Positions 1 to 11,118 of a stretch of DNA of 64,000 nucleotides are shown one piece after another. The stretch lies in NCBI RefSeq assembly GCF_002113885.1, contig NW_018406415.1, positions 1,707,038-1,771,037 on the forward strand. The letters are read 5' to 3'. Numbering within the stretch: the stretch's first letter is position 1; each line of letters starts with the position of its first letter. The DNA is from Mizuhopecten yessoensis (taxonomy: Eukaryota). Position numbers and translations under genes: made by a program. The notes beneath the pieces were generated by a model that was not told the origin of the DNA, ran no database searches, and saw nothing but the letters and a program-made list of their open reading frames with translations.

Positions 1-360
1 ACAAGGTGGATCACATTCTACGTACAGTATACCTGTCAACAAGGTGGATCACATTCTACGTACAGTATACCTGTCAACAAGGTGGATCACATTCTACGTA
101 CAGTATACCTGTCAACAAGGTGGATCACATTCTACGTACAGTATACCTGTCAACAAGGTGGATCACATTCTACGTACAGTATACCTGTCAACAAGGTGGA
201 TCACATTCTACGTACAGTATACCTGTCAACAAGGTGGATCACATTCTACGTACAGTATACCTGTCAACAAGGGGGATCACATTCTACGTACAGTATACCT
301 GTCAACAAGGTGGATCACATTCTACGTACAGTATACCTGTCAACAAGGTGGATCACATTC
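1..360. repeat. 38-bp minisatellite, ~9.5 near-identical copies, running off the window start
   Basis: Unit ACAAGGTGGATCACATTCTACGTACAGTATACCTGTCA is repeated head-to-tail with a single T>G variant near 273. It explains the three repetitive ORFs at 6-415. Confidence 0.97.
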
Positions 361-1656
361 GTTTATGAATTTTGTTGATAACGAAGAACGAATTGGAATT
401 CGTCTTAACTGTTGAAATAGGTAATATTGTTCTTTATTATGAATTATTATAACAGAGCAATTCTTTGCGATCTATTTGATAATAGATATATATATATCAT
501 GCGTGTACTATTCTGAAAAGGAAGTCATGGATATTGGATGGTGACCATTGGCCTTTTTCAGTGGAATTATGTGTAAATACGTTTTGATAAGTTCACTGAT
601 AGACACAGGCTTGTTTCCTAATCACATGGTTTATCAATTACAAATTTGACGTTACTGCCGGTCTATGCTTTAAATTTAGCCAACTATGTATATATCTTAT
701 ATCTCGGAGTGTTTATGGTTGTGCATTCTATAACCACCTCTTTACGCATCCTCTCGTTTTACGGAGAGACTAATACAATATTTTACCTGTAACTTAGTTG
801 ATGTTGTTTATCGCAACTTTTAGTTCGAAAAGAACTATCCAATTTTGCTAAAAACTACAAGTATCCCACCTTGGGCCTCAAATGATAATGACCTCTTCAC
901 TACTAAAGCTACATTTGAATGCTTCCGCATAAAAATGTAGTCTGTCCTTACATAGATAACAACGTATTTCCCAGTGTAGATTATATTTTATCTACACCAT
1001 CAAAACTATACATATAACGACAAAACAGAACACTTATAATGCAAATTGTCAATTTAACAGTTAACACGCAGATGAATACATCGTAGTGTAAAAATTCCGC
1101 GAAATGTCACGTAAAGGTACAAGACAAATGACGAGATAGAAAAATCTAGCATGGGGTATGACGTGGGATATCTCTGTCTGAGGTGCGAGAATATTGTATT
1201 TTGAAAGATGATATTTAAACGGCCTAAGTATGGACCTTTTGTGTAAATAGATTAGAACATATTGCAATAATATGATTGTATTCGTGTTCCTAAGTTAAAT
1301 CTCTAATTGTGAGTTGTCAGGAAGTAGGTTAGCTGCCCGTAGAGTACGTTTTAAAGCAAACTTCAAACAGGACGGATCACAGAACACCACCATGTGGTAT
1401 TCTCACTAGATATTCAAGAAATTCGTCGTTAGGGAGTACATTTTTTGTTCCTCTGACTACAAAAATATCCAGTTCACAACTTGGTTGTTCATTCCGTAAA
1501 TCTTTATTATTTTCTGTTAAACGTCTTTAGGGGAACTAACCAATCGTTGTCATAAGATCAGTACAATAGGATATTCTGAAATGAAATAAAATGAAATCGT
1601 TGTCATACGTGTCATCAATCTAACCTCTGCTGACCAAACCTTCCAATCTTCTTAAA

Positions 1657-1901
1657 TATAAACTTTATTTATTTTACGAAACTTATGAAACAAGTAATTG
1701 TAACTGATATCAATCACTTTTGTTGGCCCAGATGTTAGCGCAGGAGATGTGGGTCTTAATGTGGGAAGAAACCGGAGTACCCGAAGAAAACTCACGTGGT
1801 TGGACAGAAGACCCCATACATTTTCACGTTCGATCGGGGAAACGAGCCCCGGCTGCCGTGGTTAAAGACGAGTACGTTATCCACTGCTCCACCCGACCAC
1901 C
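1657..1901 (-). mobile_element. tRNA-derived SINE, V-domain type (family A)
   Basis: Minus strand has a tRNA-like head with A/B-box-like motifs, then TTTTCTTCGGGTACTCCGGTTTCTTCCCACA (V-SINE-like core) and an AATAAAGTTTAT tail. Homologous copies at 11719, 19710, 21358 and 59650. Confidence 0.8.
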
Positions 1902-2419
1902 ATATCCATTCTTGTCTCACTATTAAAAGTTCTACAGTTGTCCTTTGGTGATTAATCCTCACAGTTTGCAACTTTGAATCTTCTTCTCCATATAAAACGC
2001 TGTGGCGCCTCGTGTTATATTTTTCCATAGTCTTTAATTACTTGTCAGAATTATCGACTGATTTTAAGGAAGACCGGTATTTGCACCTTTCTTCAAAAGT
2101 GTACGTCTTATCCGATCCTGGAATTTGTTAAACAGTACTTTCCAATTTATTCAATATTTTCCGCATATTTTCCTCTGTACTTAATACATCCTTTAAGGTG
2201 TACAAGATTGTTTTATTCGATAGAATTATAATATAAAATTATCATCGAACAGATTTTGAAATACTCGTTGAAGTCAAACTATATAGGAGTGTTCCATAAT
2301 TATAAACTCTTGCGGTGAATTTTCCAAAATTACAGGTATTAGAAATTTGAGAACTGGGTAAAAGAATCCGGAGTAAGATTTGGGATCCCTCTACGGTACT
2401 ACTTATACCGCTTTAATCC

Positions 2420-3340
2420 ATGTATCGTGAATTGCAAATTTTAATCGAACAGGAGCTCCTACGTTTAACCCGTCTTTTTATGGCAGTTATGGGGACCAAT
2501 GTGTATAATAATGGATTTATGAATGAAGTAATTAGAGTTCTAAAGAAATATGATTTATACATATTAGTACAAGAATGTTTATCAAATGGAATATTTCCAG
2601 TGAAAAGTATATGGAAAGCGAAAGTAAAGCATAATGTACAGTTATATGAAAAAAGGGCATGGAAGGAGAGAATGAGTGGTGACCGCGATTTCTGCAGATT
2701 TATATTTGTTCATGATAATTTGGCTCCTCATATATTGTGGAAATTGTTAATAAGATTTCCTCAAAACAAAGAAGCCATACATAGTATAATGAAATTGATT
2801 GTATCTCTAAGAAATTCAGAAAAAACTGAATTATGTCATAAATGTGGACAAATGTATAACGATATATATACCCACATTGTTTTACAATGTGATTTTACAG
2901 AAGACTTACGAGATCAGTTATGGTGTCAAGTCATTAATACATGTGAACTTATGTTTAGCGTATAATTACACTGTCATTCAGACTATGAATTATTTCACCT
3001 CCTGATTGGTGGCAATATAACGTATAAACTGACTACATTCGAGTTAACAGAATTTCGTATGGCACCAGTCAATCATATTTCAAAAATGCTTAATGCATAC
3101 TTCGAATGATTATTCAATACTTTTGTGTATATCATTCTTAACATTATTAATTATGTATTCTTTTGTAAACTGTACTCAAATTGATTAACTTATTTCTACT
3201 GTGTTAACTAATTATGTTGTGCACTAATTTTGCCTTACCATCTATTTTATTTTGCATATATTATCTAATATATCATTGTAATTACGTTATTCTGTTTGTA
3301 AAATCTTCTTAAAGGAGGAAATAAAGAGAATAATAATACA
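2420..3340 (+). mobile_element. 5'-truncated non-LTR retrotransposon (LINE): ORF2 C-terminus and 3' tail
   Basis: ORF 2420-2965 contains CHKC-x8-H-x4-C, the zinc knuckle typical of the LINE ORF2 end. The region ends in AATAAA followed by (TAA)n at ~3320-3340. Confidence 0.7.
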
Positions 3341-3736
3341 GGTTTTGGTATAAGCTTATTTTCATCATTTTCGATATTATTAAATTACGAAGAGTGTTTT
3401 AGGTTAACAAATTTTATTGATTAACAAAATGATAAGACAACAGGCAATACCTATATTAGTCTTCTCCTCAAAGTGTGTTGGCATCATCTAACATGTTTTC
3501 AAACTAGCGTACTAATTTTGAGTGTATTTAAATCAAGTTAAGCAAACTGTAACGTAGATATATGTATCATAAATGTTAAATAAAATTTGGAGGTGCAATT
3601 AATAACCTTTTGTCGATGTATGTAATATACGTGTCTGTAGTGTGCTGGCTTTTATGTGTTTGCACTGGTTTTTTTAGTAATTGCTATGTTTCTCGTGTTG
3701 AAGGGCATCACTTTCATTAATATTGTGTTAATATAG

Positions 3737-4138
3737 TGTAGCCAGGTGTTCAAATACATAATTCAAACCATCGCGCGTAATAGCAGTGTTCAGGAATGTA
3801 TGTATGTGCACGTGCAGCACGGACCACCCGTCCACATCCCAGTCACCGCCTTCTCCCTACTTCACGCTAACTTTACCTCTCGATGGGAACACACGGAACC
3901 ATCGAGAGTGTAATCCAGTCACATTGTCCTTACACTGGATGTTCCTGGTAAGAATGTATGTGTGTAAGTATGAAAGAGTATAATTAAACATAATAATCAT
4001 ATATCCATTATTACATAGGATGAGCGATGTATGAGTGATTATGTATGTTTATTCATTATATAGGTTTATTGTCCACGGAATAAACATATCAATGAACTTC
4101 AACGGCGTGGATTGTTATTATTGAGAACCTACGTTACA
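3737..4138 (+). repeat. 5' LTR (402 bp)
   Basis: TGTAGCC...GTTACA. About 7 substitutions and one 25-bp indel relative to the 3' LTR. Confidence 0.95.
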
Positions 4139-4139
4139 T

Positions 4140-4154
4140 TGGCGCCCAACGTGG
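4140..4154 (+). promoter_or_regulatory. Primer binding site, tRNA-Lys
   Basis: TGGCGCCCAACGTGG lies 1 nt after the LTR end and matches the first 15 nt of the classical tRNA-Lys1,2 PBS. Confidence 0.9.
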
Positions 4155-4182
4155 ATTTAGATCCCATCTCTATAGCAGAAAA

Positions 4183-4948
4183 TGTCTCTCAGGTTCTAGT
4201 GTACCTGGCTCAACAATTGATACAGTTGTTGGTATCTTGTTTGTTGTTTTGTGGGGCTCACGGTTTCTCAACTGTCTAGTAGAGCGCCTTGTCACAACAG
4301 GAAGGAGCACAGAATCTGATCCTGAATCAGAATCCTGAGATGAGGAAGTTGGTTCTGAATCTATTCGTTCAGAAGGAATTGACTTTCTGGTTTGTCTAAC
4401 CTTGCGATTATCATCCTTAGGGGGAGCATCCACAGGAATGGAGTTAAAAGGGAGCAACATGTTCCTATGAAGGGTTCGTTTGGGTCTCTTCTTGGATTCA
4501 AGTGCAACCTTATAAACGGGAATATCACTATTTGGAATACCAATTACCAAATAGGGTTCCTGTTCCCACTTATCAGCCAATTTGTTCTTTCCTTTAAGAC
4601 CGGTTTTTCTTACCAAAACACGATCACCAACCTCTAGTTTTGACTCCCGAACTGACCTGTCATAACGGTCTTTGTTCTGAGCAGCTTTCCTGGAGGCGGT
4701 GCGACGAGCTGTCTCGTACGCAAACTCCATACGGCCCCGTAGCTTCCCTACATAGGAAGCCGGGTCTACTGCTTCCTGTTGATCAGGGTTTATTCCTAGG
4801 AATACGTCTACTGACAACCGAGGATGCCAACCGAACATCAAATAGTGAGGTGCGTTTCCAGTGGCATCACTCTTTGTTGCATTGTAGGCTTGGACAAGCG
4901 GTGCCACGTAATATGTCCAGTCAGGTTTCTTGTGCTCCTCAAGGGTTG
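4183..4948 (-). repeat. Inverted duplicate of the element's own integrase C-terminal region (7713-8477)
   Basis: Reverse complement is ~98% identical to 7713-8477 and encodes ORF 4170-4907(-). It ends at the N at 4949. Confidence 0.93.
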
Positions 4949-4949
4949 N

Positions 4950-7900
4950 GAGGAACTTGGCCTCAGATGATGTGAATATACCAGCATCATGGCAAACAGC
5001 TAATGACAGTATTACCTGTTCTTATACTGTGAAATCTTTTAACAGGAAAACTGTAAAAGTGTCTCCTTACGAGTCTATAGTTGTTAATGGTATGGTACGA
5101 GGTATTAACCCAGGCGTTGCAAATCTCATAACAGAAAACTTTGACAATTCTAACCTAAAGTTTACAGTCTGACCCAGAGTTCTTAAGGTCAAACAGAATG
5201 TGTCAAATGTCAAATTACCAATCAAAATTTGTAACATTACTCCAAAGCCAATAACTATCAAACCTAGATCTACAATTTGTCTCGTAAATGAGGATTTACA
5301 ATTTAAGGCTCTAGAGTCTGTACCTGAGGAACTGGGTCTTAATATTGACACACAAAATCTTACTGAGGCACAGCTGTTGAGGGTTCGTCAAGTATTGGGT
5401 AATTGGAAACATGCTTTTTCCAACAGTGCTTTTGACATCGGATGTACAGACATAGTTAAACACAAGATTGACCTCATGGATGAAAGGCCTTTCAAACAGC
5501 CTTACCGGAAAATACCACCCGGCATGTATGAGGAGGTCCGTCAGCATATACGTGATATGCTGGAAGCCGGTGTTATAAAGGAGAGTAAAAGCCCATTTTC
5601 CAGTAATGTGGTTCTTGTTCGCAAGAAAGACGGTAGTCTCAGATTTTGTATTGATTACCGCATGCTGAACTCTCGAACCTGTAGAGATGCATATATGCTC
5701 CCTCGATATGACGATACAGTTGATACCTTGTGTGGTTCAAGGTATTTTTCAAAGCTGGACCTGGGGTCAGGTTATTGGCAAGTCGAGGTAGAGGAATCCG
5801 ATAGGGAAAAGACCGCCTTTTCTGTGGGGAACCTAGGATTCTGGGAAACCAACCGGATGGGGTTTGGTCTCACCAATGCACCAGCTACATTCCAGCGATT
5901 AATGGAGAAGTGCATGGGTGATATGCATCTCCGGGAATGTCTCATCTTCTTAGATGACATCCTGATATTTTCACAGACTTTTGACGAACACCTCGTTAGG
6001 TTAGAATCTGTCTTTGCCAGACTCGTGCAGCATGGCTTGAAACTTAAACCCTCCAAGTGTGAGTTGTTCAAGTCCTCCGTAACATATCTCGGACATGTAG
6101 TTTCAGAGCAAGGTATAGCGACAGACCCTGAAAAGGTGTCTGCTGTTAAAGATTGGCCAGAGCCAAAGAACGTAAAGGACTTACGTCAGTTTCTTGGTTT
6201 CAGTGGCTATTACAGGCGTTTCATAAAGGATTACGCAAAAATAGTACAGCCTCTTAACCAATTATTACAAGGCCATGACTTGAAGAAAAAGTCCAAGACT
6301 GATAAGACTCAAAAGTCTAAGTCCAAGTCAAAGCCTAAAACAAAAGCCCAGTGGGTTTGGGGTACACCCCAACAGGAAGCTTTTGATTTGGTTAAACAGA
6401 AACTGATTCAACCTCCTGTTCTTTCCTATGCAGACTTCTCTAAGAATTTCCTTGTACACACTGATGCAAGTGGTTCAAGCTTGGGTGCAGTTTTATACCA
6501 AGTGCATGATGGAAAGGAGAATGTTATTGCATATGCCAGTCGAGGTTTGAGAGCCAGTGAACGGAATTATCCTGCGCATAAGTTGGAATTTCTTGCATTG
6601 AAATGGGCGGTTACAGAAAAACTTCATGATTACCTCTATGGTAATACGTTTGAGGTTGTCAGATAATAACCCCCTTACTTATGTGCTGGGTAAGGCCAAA
6701 CTGGATGCCACCTGTCACAGGTGGGTGGCAGCTCTCGCCAATTATAACTTTACTCTGAGGTACCGAGCTGGGAGAAACAATGCAGATGCAGATGGTCTCT
6801 CTAGAATGTCTCAAATTCAGCCCGATGCTGTTCAGGCTATATGTCAATCAGCAGTCTCTGTGACTCCATTAGCGGATAGCGTGTCGGATGTTGCTGTGGC
6901 TCATGTGGCCAATGAGTTTACAGCGAAACCCGATACTCTTAGCCTAGTAGATTGGAGAAAGGAACAAAGGGTTGATCCAGACATTGCCAGGGTTTCAGAC
7001 CTTGTGAGAACCGGTTTTCATCCAAGGGGGAAACCATTACACAATGAGTCCCCATATGTAGAGGAACTACTGAGAGCTTGGAGCAGGTTATGTTTGCGCG
7101 ACAGAGTTCTCTATAGAACCGCTTCTCTCGACGGTCAGAAAGTAAACCAGCTTGTTCTGCCAAAACATTACCATTCCCTAGCAATTAAAGGTGTTCAGGA
7201 TGATGTTGGACATCAGGGAAGGGAGAAAACTCTTTGGCTGGCACGGCAACGCTTTTACTGGCCTGGTCTTGAGAAAGACGTAAACATGAAAGTTGAGACT
7301 TGTGGTCGCTGTATCAGACGTAAGACACCAGTGAAAACAGTCGCTGAGCTAGTTCCAATAGAATCCTCAAGGCCACTTCAGATACTTTGTATTGATTTTC
7401 TAAGCCTTGAGAGATCCTCGAGTGGGTATGAGAATATTCTGGTCATAACTGATCACTTCACCAGATATGCGCAGGCAGTGCCTTGTCGCAATCAGACAGC
7501 ACATACAACAGCTAAGGCATTGAACGAAAAGTTCATAGCCTATTACAGCTTTCCTGAGCAGCTTCAAAGTGATCAAGGTCGTAACTTTGAGAGCAAAGTT
7601 ATTACGGAACTCTGTAAGATCGCAGGAATTCAGAAGACTAGAACCACTCCATATCACCCACAAGGAAATGGCTCAGCAGAAAGGTTAAATTGAACACTCC
7701 TCGGGATGCTAGCAACCCTTGAGGAGCGCAAGAAACCTGACTGGACATATTACGTGGCACCGCTTGTCCAAGCCTACGATGCAACAAAGAGTGATGCCAC
7801 TGGATACGCACCTCACTATTTGATGTTTGGTTGGCATCCTCGGTTGTCAGTAGACGTATTCCTAGGAATAACCCCTGATCAACAGGGAGCAGTAGACCCG

Positions 7901-8724
7901 GCATCCTATGTAGGGAAGCTTCGGGGCCGTATGGAGTTTGCGTACGAGACAGCTCGTCGCACCGCCTCCAGGAAAGCTGCTCAGAACAAAGACCATTATG
8001 ACAGGTCAGTTCGGGAGTCAAAACTAGAGGTTGGTGATCGTGTTTTGGTAAGAAAAACCGGTCTTAAAGGAAAGAACAAATTGGCTGATAAGTGGGAACA
8101 GGAACCCTATTTGGTAATTGGTATTCCAAATAGTGATATTCCCGTTTATAAGGTTGCACTTGAATCCAAGAAGAGACCCAAACGAACCCTCATAGGAACA
8201 TGTTGCTCCCTTTTAACTCCATTCCTGTGGATGCTCCCCCTAAGGATGATAATCGCAAGGTTAGACAAACCAGAAAGTCAATCCCTTCTGAACGAATAGA
8301 TTCAGAACCAACTTCCTCATCTCAGGATTCTGATTCAGGATCAGATTCTGTGCTCCTTCCTGTTGTGACAAGGCGCTCTACTAGACAGTTGAAAAACCGT
8401 GAGCCCCACAAAACAACAAACACGATACCAACAACTGTATCAATTGTTGAGCCAGGTACACTAGAACCTGAGAGACAAGATTCTGTTATGGAAATGGTAA
8501 ATGAAATAGATCCATCCCATGATTCCGTACAGGAAGTGGATTTAGATTCCATCTCTATAGCAGAAAATGTCAATGTACTGGACGAGGGTATAAACAATCC
8601 AAGTACAGAAATTCAACCTGTATTACGGAGGTCAACTCGGCCTTCCAAGCCACCGGAGCGTTGGGGCTATCCGGTTTTCTCATTGCAAGCTGCCAATACA
8701 GAGTCTGATGAGATCTTCGTATGA
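4950..8724 (+). pseudogene. pol: Gypsy pol pseudogene (reverse transcriptase, RNase H, integrase)
   Basis: RT motifs: KKDGSLRFCIDYR, GLTNAPATFQRLM, FLDD. RNase H motifs: TDAS, ELEFLA-like KLEFLAL. Integrase: H..CGRC zinc finger, IDF/SDQG/AERLN. Lesions: stop 5170-5172, frameshift ~6660, stop 7691-7693, frameshift ~8190. gag is not visible. Confidence 0.95.
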
Positions 8725-9426
8725 GGATCGACATACCGATTGTGAAATTTTATTCGTATATATTTTAATGTATTGTTTTAATGAATTATATTACTTTTAC
8801 TCACCGGAATAGAAGTACCGGCTGGTAGGGGGCTCCCCAACCGCTGGGAAGGTACCACGGGAGTGGTTTTTGTATTTTAAACATCATACTGTGTTTCAAC
8901 CCCATTTTTATCTTTTATTTTATTCATTATCCTTCTATCCATTTGTTTTTGTAAGACCTACCCTGTTGTCAGGTATGGGGCTCCCAAACCGTCAGCAGTG
9001 GTTTGTCATTTTACATTAATATTCCCGATTTCTTGTTATCACTTGCGAATGTGATTATATAGATTTCATTGCTGGATTTTCATCTCATTCAGAGTGTATA
9101 TAACCATAATTATATTGTACATGCTAATCAGAACTTGATCCTTCATCGTTGACATTTAAAAGTATTTTTGTCAAGGGTAGGGAACTGATTATTTGAGCAT
9201 AGTTTAATTAGTTCCTCCTGCAAAGATGGTTCTTACCTGTGCTTTGTTCAAGTTGTTTGGTGTTATGAGTCTTAAATATTATAAAGTCAATCATATAACC
9301 ATCCATTTAAAGAACACTATTGTTTCTAGAGCAATAGTCTCTAATTATAACCCTTTATCAGTGCATATATGATGGGTAATAACTGTTTGAGAAATGCCAG
9401 GAGACATTTAACAAAGTGGGGGAGTA

Positions 9427-9853
9427 TGTATCCAGGTGTTCAAATACATTATTCAAACCATCGCGCGTAATAGCAGTGTTCAGGAATGTGTGTATGTGCA
9501 CGTGCAGCACGGACCACCCGTCCACATCCCAGTCACCGCCTTCTCCCTACTTCACGCTGACTTTACCTCTCGATGGGAACACACGGAACCATCGAGAGTG
9601 TAATCCAGTCACATTGTCCTTACACTGGATGTTCCTGGTAAGAATGTATGTGTGTAAGTATGAAAGAGTATAATTAAACATAATAATCATTCGTCATATT
9701 TCATCAATTGTATATATATCCATTATTACATAGGATGAGCGATGTATGAGTGATTATGTATGTTTATTCATTATATAGGTTTATTGTCCACGGAATAAAC
9801 ATATCATTGAACTGCAACGGGGTGGATTGTTATTATTGAGAACCTACGTTACA
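9427..9853 (+). repeat. 3' LTR (427 bp), preceded by polypurine tract AAAGTGGGGGAGTA
   Basis: Direct repeat of 3737-4138, followed by the TSD ATAG. Confidence 0.95.
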
Positions 9854-11118
9854 ATAGTTTAGGGTATATCAAATTGATCCGTACGTGTATGCAATATTGA
9901 TTAACGGTTATTGAAAATTAATGTTAAAATGAATACTATATATGATGTTTTTTATCCATGCCACCATGAAAATAAAATAGATAAAACGTAATATGTATAT
10001 GAATTGACATTTTAATATCAACTTTTTATAAAAGTAGAATCATATGATAATTTGAAAATGGATATCACAACATTCAGCTTTGACAATTTAACATGACATT
10101 TTATAACATTTATAAAATGATGATTTGATGCATAGATTCTTGAATCAATTTCAACCTCCGCCTACAGTTTCGGACTTGAGCGAAGGAAGTAGTTTTGCTC
10201 AAGTCCATGATTAATGTGTTAGAGAGGTGATAACATATCTTATTTGATGATCTATTGCATATCTAACAATTTGATAAACAAACTTATTAAATAACATGTT
10301 TTTTTCTGACTATGGACGGAATCGCTGACTAATGATTCTTACAATCAATCGGGAATCGTCGGCACTTTTCGTAAACGAGAAATAACACTGAAAATATGTA
10401 CCGAGTGCAAAATTACATAATAGTGATCATTACTCATTCCCGGTTTCTAGACATGTTTATTTGAATTGTCTATCTGAAAAGATGTTTTGTTATTTGCGAT
10501 AATCCTATAAAAGACCTATATTCCTAATGTGGCACATAACACAGAAAACCAATGATCACCATTAATTCTTAACGAGTTGTCTCCCCTACCGATACAAAAC
10601 CATTATTTCAGACATCTATTGTATAGAAATCGTCTGATCTTCCGGATCTGATTTTTCTGATAAGTATTTTGGCGTTACTCCAATTGTCTGAAAATGTTCG
10701 TACCTACAACTTCAGTTTGTAGATCACATTGTTTGTTGATGTCCATAAACCACTTTGTACGTAAACCGAACGTAACCCCGGATAAGCATTCGGAACGACC
10801 GCGGCCGATTAGTCAACTGTTATCTGTAATCTGTAATTTCCTTTGATGATATATGTATTTTCGAAGCTAAGCCTGCCGGAGAAAAGTACAAAACTACGGT
10901 AGGTAATTCATCGTAACATGAAGAAATACACAGGGTTTGTTGATACAGGTTCAAAATTACCAAGTGTCCGCCGTGGACAATAGCACCGTATCTAACAGTG
11001 TTAAACTTAATTCGGCACGTACTGCGATGTACGCTAGCACCAATATTGACTCCACTGGATGGAAATTTGCCGCAGTTTATGACTTTTAAACTTCAGTGAT
11101 CAAAGTGACGTCATCTTC

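Larger units (their letters stand above)
3737..9853 (+). mobile_element. Ty3/Gypsy LTR retrotransposon, decayed and internally rearranged
   Basis: TG...CA LTRs at 3737-4138 and 9427-9853. 4-bp TSD ATAG at 3733-3736 and 9854-9857. PBS at 4140-4154, PPT at 9413-9426. Domain order RT-RNaseH-integrase. Confidence 0.97.

Noticed and set aside
1-360. CRISPR-like array or repetitive protein ORFs
   Set aside because: Units are contiguous with no unique spacers, no cas genes are present and the context is eukaryotic. The ORFs are by-products of the repeat.
3786-3983. Duplicated 65-85 aa ORF (also 9416-9673)
   Set aside because: It lies inside the two LTRs; the identity reflects LTR duplication, not a gene.
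4170-4907. Antisense 245-aa ORF as an extra retroelement gene
   Set aside because: It is the inverted copy of the integrase C-terminus, not an independent gene.
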